From positions 372,138 through 436,137 of the forward strand of contig CAVPQJ010000002.1 of NCBI GenBank assembly GCA_963707525.1: a DNA stretch of 64,000 nucleotides, in the 5' to 3' direction. Origin of the DNA: an uncultured Actinomycetes bacterium (lineage in GTDB: Bacteria > Actinomycetota > Thermoleophilia > Gaiellales > Gaiellaceae). Shown piece by piece: positions 19,525 to 29,910 of the stretch. The notes below the pieces were generated by a model, which had not been told where the DNA came from, searched no databases, and was given only the letters and a program-made list of their open reading frames with translations. Numbering within the stretch: the stretch's first letter is position 1; each line of letters opens with the position of its first letter. Position numbers and translations under genes: made by a program.

Positions 19525-20307
19525 TGCGCAAGGCTCTGTTCGTTCTGCTCGTGCTGCCCCTCGCCGCCTGCGGCGGCGGCGGCAAGTCGAGCGGGCAGCC
19601 GTCGAACATGACACCGGTCGCGTACGTCAAGAGCTCGGCGGCAAAGACCGCACAGACACCAAGCGAGCACATCACGCTGAAGGGCTCCGTGACGCTCGGA
19701 ACGACGCTCGTGACGATCGACGGGAGAGGCGACTTCGACAATCCGGGCAAGCGGGGCTCGCTGCACGCGGACTTCTCGGCCGGCGGGCTCAGCGGTACGC
19801 TCGACGAGGTGCTGAACGGCACGACGATCTATCTGCAGTCACCGCTTCTCACGTCGAACCTCCCCAAGGGGAAGACCTGGTTGAAGCTCGACCTCCAGAA
19901 GGCCGCGCCGAAGGGCCTGGACCTGTCGGCGCTCACGAGCGCAGAGCCCCACGAAGCTGCTCGCCCTGCTGCAGGCTGCGCGGAACGTGACGAAGGTGGG
20001 TGACGAGACGATCAATGGCACCGCGACGACGCAGTACCGGGCGAAGCTCGACGTCGCGAAGCTGCCCAAGGTCGCCGCACTCGCCAACGCGACCTACGGC
20101 CCGCTCGACATCTGGATCGGGAAGGACGACGGGTACGTCCACCGCCTGCACTCGACGTACACGACCAAGTCGGCGAACGCGTCCGCGCAGTCGGTCACAC
20201 TGACGGTGGACTTCTCCGACTTCGGGAAGAGCGTGAGCGTGTCGGTTCCGGCCGCGTCGGCAACGGCCGACGGGACGGGTCAAGCGATACCGGGACTGGG
20301 AGGCTGA
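19524..20307 (+). pseudogene. Lipoprotein (LolA/LppX-like fold candidate) inside the sdh operon, one frame break near 19945
   Basis: MRKALFVLLVLPLAAC with lipobox LAAC. The ATG overlaps the sdhA stop (TGATG 19522-19526). The second half is ORF 19987..20307 (TKVGDETINGTATTQYRAKLD...). Confidence 0.75.
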
Positions 20308-20311
20308 ACAC

Positions 20312-21394
20312 GTGCAGGTAGCGTTGAAGATCTGGCGGTACGACGCGTCGAGCGGCGAGCGCGCGCTGCGCGAGTACGAGATCGACGCTCCGGAGGAGGC
20401 GACGCTGCTCGACTGCCTCGACATCGTCAAAGACCGGCACGACGGATCGCTCGCGTACCGGAAGAGCTGCAGGATGATGATCTGCGGCTCGTGCGGCATG
20501 CGGATGAACGGTGCAGCGGTGCTCGCGTGCAAGGTGCGCATGTACGACATCGCGCAGGCGGGCGAGGTGCCGGTGGTCTCGGCGATGGGGAACCTGCCGA
20601 TCGTCAAGGATCTCGTCGTCGACATGGAGCCGTTCTGGGAGAAGTTCAAGGCGATGAAGCCGTACTTGCAGCCCGGCTTCGAGCGTCCGGAGGACGGGAA
20701 GGAGTACCGGATCTCGCAGGAGCGCATGGACGCCGTGCACAAGGAGTCGCTCTGCATCAACTGCGGCTGCTGCGTGTCCGAGTGCAACGCGATGGAGTCG
20801 GACCCGGAGTTCCTCGGGCCGCAGGCGCTCGCGAAAGGCATGCGTTTCGTCGGCGACCCGCGTGACGGGGAGAAGGTCGAGCGGCTCGAGGAGTACAGCG
20901 GGCAGCACGGCATCTGGGAGTGCACGCGCTGCTTCTTCTGCACCGAGCGCTGCCCGAAGGGCGTCGACCCGCGCGACGCAATCGCGAAGCTCGGCGCCGA
21001 GGCGATCAAGGAAGGCATCGACCGCGACATGGGCGCGAAGCACGCAAAGTGGTTCATCCGCTCGTCGGAGACGACCGGCTGGCTGCGCGAGACCGAGCTC
21101 GTGCCGAAAACGCAGGGCATCGTCTCGAGCGTGAAGCAGATGAAGTTCGCGATGAACCTGATCAAGCACAACAAGGCCGGTCTTGCCTTCCCGCCGCATG
21201 TCGCAGCCGACGTGGGCGAGGCGCGCGCGCTGCACAAGATCGTGCACGCGCAGGGGCGCACCGGGTACGAGGGCCATGTTCAGGGCGAGCACGCGCTCGC
21301 GAAGCTCGAGCATGGCTACAAGGAAGGACGCGATCCCTACGGGCCGGGCTCGTTCCCCCGCCCCTATCTGCCCGGCGAGGAGGGATCAGCGTGA
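20312..21394 (+). CDS. sdhB: Succinate dehydrogenase / fumarate reductase iron-sulfur subunit with a C-terminal extension of about 100 aa
   Basis: 2Fe-2S motif CRMMICGSCGMRMNG...LAC, 4Fe-4S motif CINCGCCVSEC, and a third motif CTRCFFCTERCP with four Cys. 360 aa, against about 250 for classical SdhB. Confidence 0.9.
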   Translation: MQVALKIWRYDASSGERALREYEIDAPEEATLLDCLDIVKDRHDGSLAYRKSCRMMICGSCGMRMNGAAVLACKVRMYDIAQAGEVPVVSAMGNLPIVKDLVVDMEPFWEKFKAMKPYLQPGFERPEDGKEYRISQERMDAVHKESLCINCGCCVSECNAMESDPEFLGPQALAKGMRFVGDPRDGEKVERLEEYSGQHGIWECTRCFFCTERCPKGVDPRDAIAKLGAEAIKEGIDRDMGAKHAKWFIRSSETTGWLRETELVPKTQGIVSSVKQMKFAMNLIKHNKAGLAFPPHVAADVGEARALHKIVHAQGRTGYEGHVQGEHALAKLEHGYKEGRDPYGPGSFPRPYLPGEEGSA

Positions 21395-22275
21395 AACGAG
21401 TCGCGTATTACAAAGGGTGCCTGGCGTCGCTGTCGGCGAAGGAGCTCGACGTCTCGACGCAGGCGCTCGCGCCGCAGGTCGGGCTGGAGCTCGTCGAGCT
21501 CGAGTCGGTCACGTGCTGCGGCGCCGGCGACATCCACGAGGCGGAGCCCGACTATTACCTCCACCTGAACGCGCGCATCCTCTCCTACGCGCAGGCAGCG
21601 GGCTGCGACACGCTGATGACGGTCTGCAACGTCTGCACGCTCAATCTGCGCCAGGCGAACTTCATGCTGCAAGGCGACGCGAACCTGCTCGACCGCGTCA
21701 ACGAGAACCTGAAGACGGTCGGGGTGCCGGAGTACAGCGGCGGCGTCGATGTGCGCCATCTGCTCTGGGAGATCGCGGAGGGCGAGGGCTACGAGAAGCT
21801 GAAGGTCGCGGCGCACAAGGGGCTGAAAGGCCTGAAGGTCGCGCCGTTCTACGGGTGCCAGATCCTGCGCCCGTCGAAGATCATGCAGTTCGAGGATCCC
21901 GACCGCCCGTGGTCGCTCGAGCGGATCATCGAAGCGTGCGGCGGCGAGGCGATCGACTATCCCGCGAAGATCAAGTGCTGCGGGTTCCCGATCATCCAGG
22001 CGCGCGAGGAGACCGCGCTCGGCGAGCTGATCCAGCCCATCGAGCAGGCGATGGAGGCCGGCGCCGACGTGATGGTGACGCCGTGCCCGCTGTGCCATCT
22101 CTCGCTCGACGCGTGGCAGCAGAAGCTCGAGGCGGCGACCGGCAGGAAGTTCGCGATGCCGATCCTCCACCTCTCGCAGCTCGTCGGCGTCGCGGCCGGG
22201 CTCGAGGCATCCGAGCTGATGTTCAAGCGCCACATCGTCGATCCGCGCCCCGCGCTCGACAAGCTCCAGGTCTGA
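21391..22275 (+). CDS. CCG-domain protein (HdrB-like, equivalent to the SdhE subunit of type-E succinate:quinone oxidoreductases)
   Basis: GTG at 21391 overlaps the sdhB stop (GTGA). Two Cys-rich CCG motifs: VTCCGAGD...VCNVCTLN and IKCCGFPI...TPCPLCHLS. Confidence 0.85.
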   Translation: MKRVAYYKGCLASLSAKELDVSTQALAPQVGLELVELESVTCCGAGDIHEAEPDYYLHLNARILSYAQAAGCDTLMTVCNVCTLNLRQANFMLQGDANLLDRVNENLKTVGVPEYSGGVDVRHLLWEIAEGEGYEKLKVAAHKGLKGLKVAPFYGCQILRPSKIMQFEDPDRPWSLERIIEACGGEAIDYPAKIKCCGFPIIQAREETALGELIQPIEQAMEAGADVMVTPCPLCHLSLDAWQQKLEAATGRKFAMPILHLSQLVGVAAGLEASELMFKRHIVDPRPALDKLQV

Positions 22276-22334
22276 GAGCGACCGCAGGTCTCGCCTCGCC
22301 GCGGCGTGTAGTACACGGAGGGGCCTTCCTTGGC

Positions 22335-23100
22335 TTGCTTACGGGTTGGGGGCTCTTCGAGGCAAGCTGGACGCGCTTCCGCGTGCTCGAGCTCGACGTG
22401 CCGGGCCTGCCCCCCGAGCTCGACGGCCTGCGCATCGCGCACCTGTCGGACTTCCACCTCGGCGTGCCGTCACCGGGAGCGGTCGCGGTCGAGCGCGGCG
22501 TCGACTGGGTCGCGGAGCGCCGGCCCGATCTCGTGTGCATCACCGGCGACCTGCTGACGCACCCGCGCGGGGAGCCGCGTCTCCGCCGACTGGTCGAGCG
22601 CTTGCCGCAGCCGACCTTTGCGGTGCTCGGGAACCACGACTACGCGATTGCGCGTGATCCGCAGGCGAAGGCATCGAACCTGCGCGAGCTCAAGCCGGCG
22701 CGGCTCTTGCTCGACCGAGGGCGAGCTCCTCGAGGTGCGTGGGCGCAGCGTCTGGATTGCAGGCGCCGATCCGTGGGGCCGTCCGAAGATCGACCCGAAT
22801 TCGTTGTCGCACGATGCCGACCTCCGCATTCTCATGGCTCACTTTCCGCGCACGCTCGACCGCCTCGAGCCGGGCCGGTTCGAGCTCGTGCTGGCGGGTC
22901 ACATGCACAACGGCCAGATCGCGATCCCGTATCCGGGGGGCAAGCTGCGGTTGGCGCACCCGAGTGCGCGGTATGCGAACGGTGTGTACGGGACGGACGC
23001 AGCGGTGATGCACGTCTCTCCAGGGCTGGGGACGACGTTCGTTCCGTTCCGTTTTGCGGCGCGTCCCGAAGCCACAGAGCTGGTGCTACGTTCGGCGTGA
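22335..23100 (+). pseudogene. Calcineurin-like metallophosphoesterase with N-terminal TM segment, one frame break near 22715
   Basis: IAHLSDFHLG, CITGDLL, VLGNHDY (frame 0), then LAGHMHNGQ in ORF 22618..23100. The start is uncertain (TTG 22335 chosen). Confidence 0.75.
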
Positions 23101-23387
23101 TGGAGGGTCAGGCTTCGATTTCCGCCGACATCCTCGCTCGCTACGCCGCTGATGCGGCGATCGAGGTCGAGGGCGTCCGGGCGCTTGCGGGCCGCCGCGG
23201 TGTGAAGGTCCAGGGCGAGAACGGCAGCGTGCGCGTCGAGCTGCACCTCGAGGTGGAATGGGGTGCGGCGATCCCCGATGTCGGGCGCGACGTGCAGGCG
23301 CGTGTCGGCGAGTATCTCGCGCACATGGCCGACCTCGAGCCGGCCGAGGTCGAGGTCATCGTCGACCTGATCGGGCCTGGGGCATGA
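23100..23387 (+). CDS. Asp23/Gls24 family envelope stress protein
   Basis: MEGQASISADILARYAADAAIEVEGVRAL...VELHLEVEWGAAIPDVGRDVQARVGEYL. The ATG overlaps the upstream stop (TGATG). Confidence 0.8.
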   Translation: MEGQASISADILARYAADAAIEVEGVRALAGRRGVKVQGENGSVRVELHLEVEWGAAIPDVGRDVQARVGEYLAHMADLEPAEVEVIVDLIGPGA

Positions 23388-23998
23388 CCCGGATCGTCGG
23401 ACTGACGGGGGCGACGCTCGCGACCGTGCCGACTGTCTGTCACGAATGCGTCTTCTGGCAGTCGCCGGCTGGACGCACCGTCGACAAGCGCCGTTGGATC
23501 CGAGGCACCGAGGAGGAGTGGGGAGCGTGGGGAACCGTCTACTACGACGACGACGGACGCCTGCTCGGGTCAATGCAGTACGGGCCGTCGGATCTCTTTC
23601 CGCGTGCCGCGGAGCTACCGGCCGGACCGCCGAACGAGGACGCGGTCCTCGTCACGTGCGCCTACCTCGTCGACTCGTCGAAGCCATGGGTGATGCAGTC
23701 CCTCTTCCTCACCGCGATCGGTGATGCCCGCGACAAGGGAGCTCGTGCGCTCGAGGCGTTCTCCTATCGCTACAGCGAGAGCGACTCGACCTTCGAGCGC
23801 TTCCAGGTGCACAAGACGATCTTCCCGCGCGACTTCCTGGCCGACTTCGGGTTCCAGACCGTACGAGTGCAAGGCCGGGTCGAGCTGTCGCGGCTCGAGC
23901 TTGGCGGGCTCGTGCCGGTCGTCGAAGGGACGCGCGAGCGCGTGCTTCGGGTCGTGCGGGAGGCGTTCGTGCCGGCGCCTGCGCCTACGCGGCCCTAA
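23384..23998 (+). CDS. Conserved hypothetical protein (GNAT-like fold candidate) with an N-terminal CHECVFW motif
   Basis: MTRIVGLTGATLATVPTVCHECVFWQSP.... The ATGA overlap with the Asp23 gene suggests an operon. The GNAT assignment is only from general resemblance. Confidence 0.55.
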   Translation: MTRIVGLTGATLATVPTVCHECVFWQSPAGRTVDKRRWIRGTEEEWGAWGTVYYDDDGRLLGSMQYGPSDLFPRAAELPAGPPNEDAVLVTCAYLVDSSKPWVMQSLFLTAIGDARDKGARALEAFSYRYSESDSTFERFQVHKTIFPRDFLADFGFQTVRVQGRVELSRLELGGLVPVVEGTRERVLRVVREAFVPAPAPTRP

Positions 23999-24948
23999 CG
24001 GGTCAAAAGGGTGTCTGACACCGCTCGTGGCTTGAGCAGCAGCTCGGCGATCTGAATTGCATTCAGCGCGGCGCCCTTGACGAGGTTGTCGCACGCGAGG
24101 AAGAGCACGAGGCCGTTATCCCCCGCGCGGTCGGCACGGATGCGGCCGACGAGTACCTGGTCGGTCCGCGCTGCGTCGCGCGGCGTTGGCACATCCACCA
24201 CGCGAACCGACGGCGCGTGGGACAGGAGATCGGTCGCCTGCCCGGCCGTGAGCGCATCGTCGAGCTCGATCCAGACGGCCTCGGCATGCCCGACGAGCAC
24301 CGGCACGCGCACGGTCGTCGCGCTGATCGGCAGCTCCGGCAACTCGAGGATCTTCTGCGTCTCGGCGCGGATCTTCGATTCCTCGTCGGTCTCGTCGCCG
24401 TCCCAGCTCCAGTCCATCGCAAGGTTGTGCTGCTCCTGCGGTTCCGACCGGAGCTGCTCCATGCGCTGCGCACCCGCACCCGACACCGACTGGTACGTCG
24501 AGACGCGCACGCGTTTCAACCCTGCGGCGTCGTGCAGCGGCTTCAACACGCACGTGAGCGGGATGGTGCAGCAATTCGGGTTCGCGACGATGCCGTCGTT
24601 GGTGAGCGCGCTCGCCCCGTTCACCTCGGGGACGACGAGTGGGATACCCGGCTCGAGCCGGTACGCCGCCGACTTGTCGACCGCAACCGCACCGCCGCGA
24701 ACGGCGTGCGGCACGAGCTCGAGCGACGCCGACGTGCCCACGGAGAACAATGCGAGGTCGATGTCGCCGGCTGCAAGCGCATCCGGCGTAGCCTCCTCGA
24801 CGACGTGGCCGCCGGCGAGTGTCTGCCCGGCGGAGCGCGAAGAGGCAAATGCACGAACGTTCTCGTAGCCGCGTTCGCTCAGCAGTCGCAGCGTGACCGC
24901 GCCAACCGCACCGGTGGCGCCGATCACCGCGATGCGCGACTCAGCCAT
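23995..24948 (-). CDS. asd: Aspartate-semialdehyde dehydrogenase
   Basis: [16 protein letters not shown], the active-site region [20 protein letters not shown], and [11 protein letters not shown]. Its start overlaps the ask 3' end by 8 nt. Confidence 0.95.
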   Translation of the reverse strand: MAESRIAVIGATGAVGAVTLRLLSERGYENVRAFASSRSAGQTLAGGHVVEEATPDALAAGDIDLALFSVGTSASLELVPHAVRGGAVAVDKSAAYRLEPGIPLVVPEVNGASALTNDGIVANPNCCTIPLTCVLKPLHDAAGLKRVRVSTYQSVSGAGAQRMEQLRSEPQEQHNLAMDWSWDGDETDEESKIRAETQKILELPELPISATTVRVPVLVGHAEAVWIELDDALTAGQATDLLSHAPSVRVVDVPTPRDAARTDQVLVGRIRADRAGDNGLVLFLACDNLVKGAALNAIQIAELLLKPRAVSDTLLTR

Positions 24949-26242
24949 TGACGCGCTGCTCCGCGAACAGCCGGAAGCGCTCGTGCACGGCGCGCACGGC
25001 CTCCTCGACCTGCGACGCGCGCACGACGCACGAGACGCGAATCGACGACGTCGAGATGATCTCGATGTTGATTCCCGCCTGCGCCAGTGCCTCGAACATG
25101 TCCGCGGCGACACCGGGATGGCTTTTCATGCCCGCGCCGACAAGCGAGACCTTTGCGATCTCACGGTCGTACACGACTCCGCTGGCGGCGATCTCCGCCG
25201 CAAGCCGCTCGAGGATGGGCTCCGCAATGGGGAGATCGGTCTTGGGCAGCGTGAACGTGATGTCGGTCGACCCGGCCGCAGAGCTGTTCTGCACGATCAT
25301 GTCGATGTTGACGCCCGCATCCGCGAGCGCGCGGAAGACGAGCGCGGCGACGCCTGGAAGGTCAGGCACGCCGAGGATCGACGCCTTTGCCTCAGTCGTG
25401 TCGTGTGTGACGCCCGAGATGATCGCTTTTTCGAGCACGAGCCCGGCCTCCTCGACGATCCACGTGCCTTCGGTTTCGCCGTGCGCGGCGCGGACGTGGA
25501 GCGGAACACGGTACCTGCGCGCGATCTCGATCGAACGCGCCATCATCACGCGAGCGCCGCTCGTCGCCATCTCCAGCATCTCCTCGTACGAGATGCGCGG
25601 CAGCTTCAGCGCGTCCGGGACGACGCGAGGGTCCGCGGTGAATACGCCCTCGACGTCGGTGTAGATCTCGCAGGCGCCGCCAAGGGCAGATGCGAGCGCG
25701 ACCGCGGTCGCATCGGATCCGCCGCGACCGAGCGTCGTCACCTCGAGATCCGTCGAGACGCCCTGGAAGCCGGCGACGAGCACGATGCGGTCTCGATCGA
25801 GCTCCTCGTTCAGACGCCGGGCCCGAACCTCCACGATCTTCGCCTTGCCGTGAACCGTGTCGGTGACGATTCCCGCCTGCGAGCCCGTGAGCGACACGGC
25901 TTCGTGGCCGAGGTCGCGGATCGCCATCGCGCACAGCGCGTTCGAGATGCGCTCGCCGACCGAGACGAGCATGTCGTACTCGCGCGGGTGCGGTTGCGGC
26001 GAGACCTCGTGAGCGAGCCGGATCAGCTCGTCCGTCGTATCTCCCATGGCCGAAAGCACGCCGACGACGCGCTGGCCGGTCTCGCGTGCGGTCACGAGGC
26101 GGCGGGCGACGTCTTTGATCTTCTGGGTGTCGCCGACGGATGTGCCACCGAACTTCATCACGACGAGATCGCGTCCGCGAACCTCGGCGTCCGCCGCAAC
26201 CTCGGGTACTACCTCGTAGTTCTCCTCCGCCGTGACTGGCAC
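24941..26242 (-). CDS. ask: Aspartate kinase (two C-terminal ACT domains)
   Basis: [35 protein letters not shown], and ACT repeats ([36 protein letters not shown]). The true start may be about 25 codons downstream of 26242. Confidence 0.9.
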   Translation of the reverse strand: MPVTAEENYEVVPEVAADAEVRGRDLVVMKFGGTSVGDTQKIKDVARRLVTARETGQRVVGVLSAMGDTTDELIRLAHEVSPQPHPREYDMLVSVGERISNALCAMAIRDLGHEAVSLTGSQAGIVTDTVHGKAKIVEVRARRLNEELDRDRIVLVAGFQGVSTDLEVTTLGRGGSDATAVALASALGGACEIYTDVEGVFTADPRVVPDALKLPRISYEEMLEMATSGARVMMARSIEIARRYRVPLHVRAAHGETEGTWIVEEAGLVLEKAIISGVTHDTTEAKASILGVPDLPGVAALVFRALADAGVNIDMIVQNSSAAGSTDITFTLPKTDLPIAEPILERLAAEIAASGVVYDREIAKVSLVGAGMKSHPGVAADMFEALAQAGINIEIISTSSIRVSCVVRASQVEEAVRAVHERFRLFAEQRVNG

Positions 26243-26290
26243 AAACGAAGTGTAGGCGGGGCCCCGTTCGGAGCCCCGCCCGGTTCTGCG

Positions 26291-26488
26291 TTATTCCTCG
26301 ATGACGGTGGTGCGCCGGCCGCCCGCGCGGGCGCCGCCGAAGCCGCCCCAGGCAGACCAGAAGACGAGCGAGAGCAGGATGCCGAGCGCGCCGACGGCGA
26401 GCAGGATCCAGCCGATCGTGTTGAAGGTGGTCGCGGCGACGATCACCGCTCCGACTGCGATCAAGATCAGACTGACGCTGATGCCCAT
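26291..26488 (-). CDS. Small two-TM membrane protein (DUF6458-like)
   Basis: MGISVSLILIAVGAVIVAATTFNTIGWILLAVGALGILLSLVFWSAWGGFGG. Confidence 0.55.
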   Translation of the reverse strand: MGISVSLILIAVGAVIVAATTFNTIGWILLAVGALGILLSLVFWSAWGGFGGARAGGRRTTVIEE

Positions 26489-26568
26489 GAAGAGCTCCCT
26501 TCTTGGGGTGGTGTCGCCTCGTGTAACGCCTGCGTATACCTGCCGGTTACGGGCGTTACACTCACGCC

Positions 26569-27132
26569 GTGCTTCGGATGCTTGCCGTCGCTGCGCTCGT
26601 CGCAGCGCCCACGTCCGCCTTCGTTCCCTGGCCGGCTCCGAAGAACCCGATGGCTCTGGCGCGGGCCGCCGGGCTCGTGCCCGAGGTGAACGAGCACCTC
26701 ACGTTCCACGTCCACTCACACCTTGACGTCTTTCTCTCCGGCAAGCGCGTGCGCGTGCCGGCGGGCATCGGGATCAACATCGCCGACCCTGCGGTCAAGA
26801 GCGGTCAGCTGCCCGATGGCTCTACGGCGTACGGCGGCATCGTCAGGTGCAAGCGCGTCTGCATCTCGCCCTTGCACACGCATGACGACTCCGGCGTGCT
26901 GCACACGGAGACGTCAAAGCCGATCCCGAATCGGCTTGGTGAATTTTTCATCGAGTGGAACGTCCGCCTGACGCGCACCTGCGTGGCGACACATTGCAAG
27001 GACGTGGCGTTTTACGTGAACGGCCACCGGTATCGAGGCGACCCGCGCACGATTCTGCTCGCCGATCGCACGGAGATCGCGGTCGTGATCGGCCGCCCGC
27101 CGAAGACGATTCCTTCTGCTTTTCCGCGCTAG
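26569..27132 (+). CDS. Secreted hypothetical protein
   Basis: Signal peptide MLRMLAVAALVAAPTSAF. His- and Cys-containing body (HVHSHLDV, CISPLHTHDDSG). No family recognised. Confidence 0.55.
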   Translation: MLRMLAVAALVAAPTSAFVPWPAPKNPMALARAAGLVPEVNEHLTFHVHSHLDVFLSGKRVRVPAGIGINIADPAVKSGQLPDGSTAYGGIVRCKRVCISPLHTHDDSGVLHTETSKPIPNRLGEFFIEWNVRLTRTCVATHCKDVAFYVNGHRYRGDPRTILLADRTEIAVVIGRPPKTIPSAFPR

Positions 27133-27163
27133 CTACACCATCTCGGCTAGCTACACCATCTCG
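27128..27163. repeat. Exact 18-bp tandem duplication (gctagctacaccatctcg x2) at the convergent 3' ends of two genes
   Basis: Unit 1 (27128-27145) contains the TAG stop of the + gene. Unit 2 (27146-27163) contains the recR stop (cta at 27151-27153). Confidence 0.9.
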
Positions 27164-27774
27164 CGGCGGCCGACGAGGGCCCGCCCGAGGGTCACTTCGT
27201 CCGCGTACTCGAGGTCGCCGCCCACGGGCAGCCCGCTGGCGAGGCGAGTGACCCGCACCCGGCCGCGGAGCCGGTCGGCGAGGTACGCCGCAGTTGCCTC
27301 GCCCGTCATGTTCGGGTTCGTTGCCAGCACGACCTCCTGGACGCCGTTCCGCTCGACGCGGTGCATCAGCTCGTCGATGCGGAGGTTCGACGGTTCGACG
27401 CCGTCGAGGGGCGAGAGCGCCCCGCCGAGCACGTGGTAGAGGCCGCGGAACTCCGCCGTGCGCTCGAGCGAGATCAGGTCGACCGGCTGCTCGACGACAC
27501 AGATGATCGAGTGGTCGCGGCGGGCATCGAGACAGATCGCGCAGACCTCCTCCTCGGTGAGGTTGCCGCACTCGCGGCAGAAGCGCACCCGTTCTTTCAC
27601 GACCTGGATCGCCTCCGCAAGCGCCTGCGCCTCTTGCTTCGAGGCTTGGAGGATGTGGAAGGCGAGCCGCTGCGCCGTCCGGCTGCCGATCCCCGGCAGC
27701 CGTGTCAGCTGGGCGACGAGGTTCTCGACCGCGGGGCTCAGCATTTGCGGAGCGTAGCCGTCCACTGCGGACAT
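27151..27774 (-). CDS. recR: Recombination protein RecR
   Basis: HhH motif [15 protein letters not shown], zinc finger [16 protein letters not shown], Toprim [12 protein letters not shown]...[15 protein letters not shown]. Confidence 0.95.
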   Translation of the reverse strand: MSAVDGYAPQMLSPAVENLVAQLTRLPGIGSRTAQRLAFHILQASKQEAQALAEAIQVVKERVRFCRECGNLTEEEVCAICLDARRDHSIICVVEQPVDLISLERTAEFRGLYHVLGGALSPLDGVEPSNLRIDELMHRVERNGVQEVVLATNPNMTGEATAAYLADRLRGRVRVTRLASGLPVGGDLEYADEVTLGRALVGRREMV

Positions 27775-27909
27775 CCCTGCCGTTCGCGGTTACCGTTTGC
27801 AGCGTGCGAGGTCGTTACCTGGCGTCGAACTGGGTCTGGGCATTCGTCTTCCTTGCCCTGACCGGCATCGTGGTTTGGGGCTGGGCGTTCGACTTCGCGG
27901 GTGGCTAGC

Positions 27910-28239
27910 TCAGGCGCCCATGCCGGGCAAGCCGAGGCCGCCGAGGAGATCGGCCTGCATCTGCTGCGCCTTCGCCTCGACTTTCGCCGCCGCCGAGCGG
28001 AGCGCTTCGTTCACGCCCGCGAGCACGAGGTCGCCGAGCGCCTCGGGGTCGGACGGATCGATCGCGTCGGGCGAGATCGCGATCGAGAGCACGGCGCCTG
28101 CGCCGTTCGCGGTCACCTTCACAAGGCCGCCACCGACCGACGCCTCGGCGGTCTCCTTCTCCGCTTCCTCCTGCATCTGCTGCACCTTCGCCTGCATCTC
28201 GGCCGCCTGCTGCATGAGCTTGTTCATGTCGAAATTCAT
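27910..28239 (-). CDS. ybaB: YbaB/EbfC family nucleoid-associated protein
   Basis: MNKLMQQAAEMQAKVQQMQEE...GGGLVKVTANG...LVLAGVNEAL. Classical position between dnaX and recR. Confidence 0.9.
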   Translation of the reverse strand: MNFDMNKLMQQAAEMQAKVQQMQEEAEKETAEASVGGGLVKVTANGAGAVLSIAISPDAIDPSDPEALGDLVLAGVNEALRSAAAKVEAKAQQMQADLLGGLGLPGMGA

Positions 28240-28306
28240 GTCCGCTCCAGCGGCGGCAAAGCCGCCGCCTCCGCTACTTGTCCGGCTCCGTCAAGCCTAC
28301 GCCGGT

Positions 28307-29902
28307 TCATTCGTCTCGCTCCCGTGCGTCGAAGGTCTCTTTCATCAGCTCGAGGAAATGTTCCTCGCCGGCCGGCCCTTCGGGCTCCGCGTCCTCGCCG
28401 TCGCCTTCGCCGACCGCGAAGGTGATCGCCAGCTTGCGCCCTGTCACTTCGTAGAGCGCATCGCGCAGCATGGTCGTGTTCTTCGGTTCCTCGGCAAGCT
28501 GGCGATGGAAGGACGCGCTCGCCGGGAACTCGATCGTGAGCGTGTCGCCGTCGAGCTCTGCGGGCCGCGCTTCGCCGAGCACGGTCGAGATCGGGATCGA
28601 TTTCTCCGCGACGGCCGGCACGATCGTGCGCGCCCACGCCTCCTGGAGCTGCTCGAGCTCGACGTCCGGCGGCGCGCCGACCGGGACAGGCACCTTCACC
28701 GCGGCCTGTGGCTCTTCGGGGCCTGTCCTGGTGTCTGACACCGGGGCATGGCTCGGGAGGACAGAGCCGCGCGTCTCGAGCTGCTCGAGGCGGTACGCAG
28801 TCGACTCCCGCGAGAGATCCGCCGCCGGCCGCGTCACCTTGACGAGCGCGAGCTCGAGTGGCAGGCGCGGATCACCGCCCTGGCGCATGTCGTCGACGGC
28901 GACCGCGAGCAGATCGATCAGTCGCACCACCGTCGGCTCGCCGAGCTGGTTCGCCTGTGCGCGCAGCCGCTCCCGCGTCTCCTCGGTAACGGGCAGCGAC
29001 TCGGGCACCTCGTGCATGTGCTGCACGAGCATGAGGTGTCGCAGGTGCTCGATCAGGTCGCTGACGAGCCGGCCGAGATCATTGCCCTGCTCCGACAGCT
29101 CCTCGACGAACGTCAGTGCGCCGGCGGTATCGCGATCGATGACGAGATCACAGAGCCGGAAGAGTGCGTCCTCCTCGACGGTGCCGAGCAATTGCAGCAC
29201 CGACTGCACCGTGATCTCTTTCCCCGTGGCCGATGCAAGCTGGTCGAGCGTCGACGTCGCGTCGCGGAAGGAGCCCCGCGCCGCGCGCGCGACGAGCGAC
29301 AGCGCCTGCGGCGGTGCGTCGATGCCCTCGCCCTCCGCGACGCGGGTCAGCACGGTGACGAGATCCTGCAGCCGCGGCCGCTGGAAGACGAACGTCTGGC
29401 ATCGCGAGCGCACGGTCGGCAGCACCTTCGAGAGATCGGTCGTGCAGAAGACGAAGACGAGATGGGGCGGCGGCTCCTCGATCAGCTTCAGCAGCGCATT
29501 CCACGCGGCATCCGTCAGCTGATGTGCCTCGTCGAGGATGTAGACCTTGTAGCGACCTTCGACCGGCTGCAGGACGACTCGGTCGCGCATCTCGCGGATG
29601 TCGTCGATGCCGCGCTGCGATGCCGCATCCATCTCGATCACGTCGAGTGACGTGCCGGCTGCGATCCCGAGACAGACGCTGCACGTGCCGTCGGGATTGG
29701 GCGTCGGTCCCTGCACGCAGTTGAGGCTCTTGGCGAGGATCCGAGCCATCGATGTCTTGCCGGTACCGCGCGGACCCGCAAAGAGATAGGCCTGTCGCAC
29801 TTGCTCGGACGTGATCGCGTTCTTCAGCGTGCGGACGACCGCTTCCTGACCGACGACCTCGTCGAACGTCTGGGGGCGGTATTTCCGGTAGAGCGCAGCC
29901 AC
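28307..29902 (-). CDS. dnaX: DNA polymerase III subunit gamma/tau
   Basis: GTG at 29902 (VAALYRKYRPQTFDEVVGQ), Walker A GPRGTGKTS, Zn module CVQGPTPNPDGTCSVC, Walker B YILDEAHQL, SRCQTF. Confidence 0.95.
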   Translation of the reverse strand: MAALYRKYRPQTFDEVVGQEAVVRTLKNAITSEQVRQAYLFAGPRGTGKTSMARILAKSLNCVQGPTPNPDGTCSVCLGIAAGTSLDVIEMDAASQRGIDDIREMRDRVVLQPVEGRYKVYILDEAHQLTDAAWNALLKLIEEPPPHLVFVFCTTDLSKVLPTVRSRCQTFVFQRPRLQDLVTVLTRVAEGEGIDAPPQALSLVARAARGSFRDATSTLDQLASATGKEITVQSVLQLLGTVEEDALFRLCDLVIDRDTAGALTFVEELSEQGNDLGRLVSDLIEHLRHLMLVQHMHEVPESLPVTEETRERLRAQANQLGEPTVVRLIDLLAVAVDDMRQGGDPRLPLELALVKVTRPAADLSRESTAYRLEQLETRGSVLPSHAPVSDTRTGPEEPQAAVKVPVPVGAPPDVELEQLQEAWARTIVPAVAEKSIPISTVLGEARPAELDGDTLTIEFPASASFHRQLAEEPKNTTMLRDALYEVTGRKLAITFAVGEGDGEDAEPEGPAGEEHFLELMKETFDARERDE

Positions 29903-29910
29903 GGAACGAT

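Noticed and set aside
28307-29902. Programmed -1 frameshift site in dnaX (as in E. coli), and an SRP RNA gene upstream of dnaX (common in some lineages)
   Set aside because: Reading by eye, I saw no A-rich slippery heptamer (A AAA AAG type) in the gene. The upstream neighbour ends only 8 nt before the dnaX start, leaving no room for an RNA gene.
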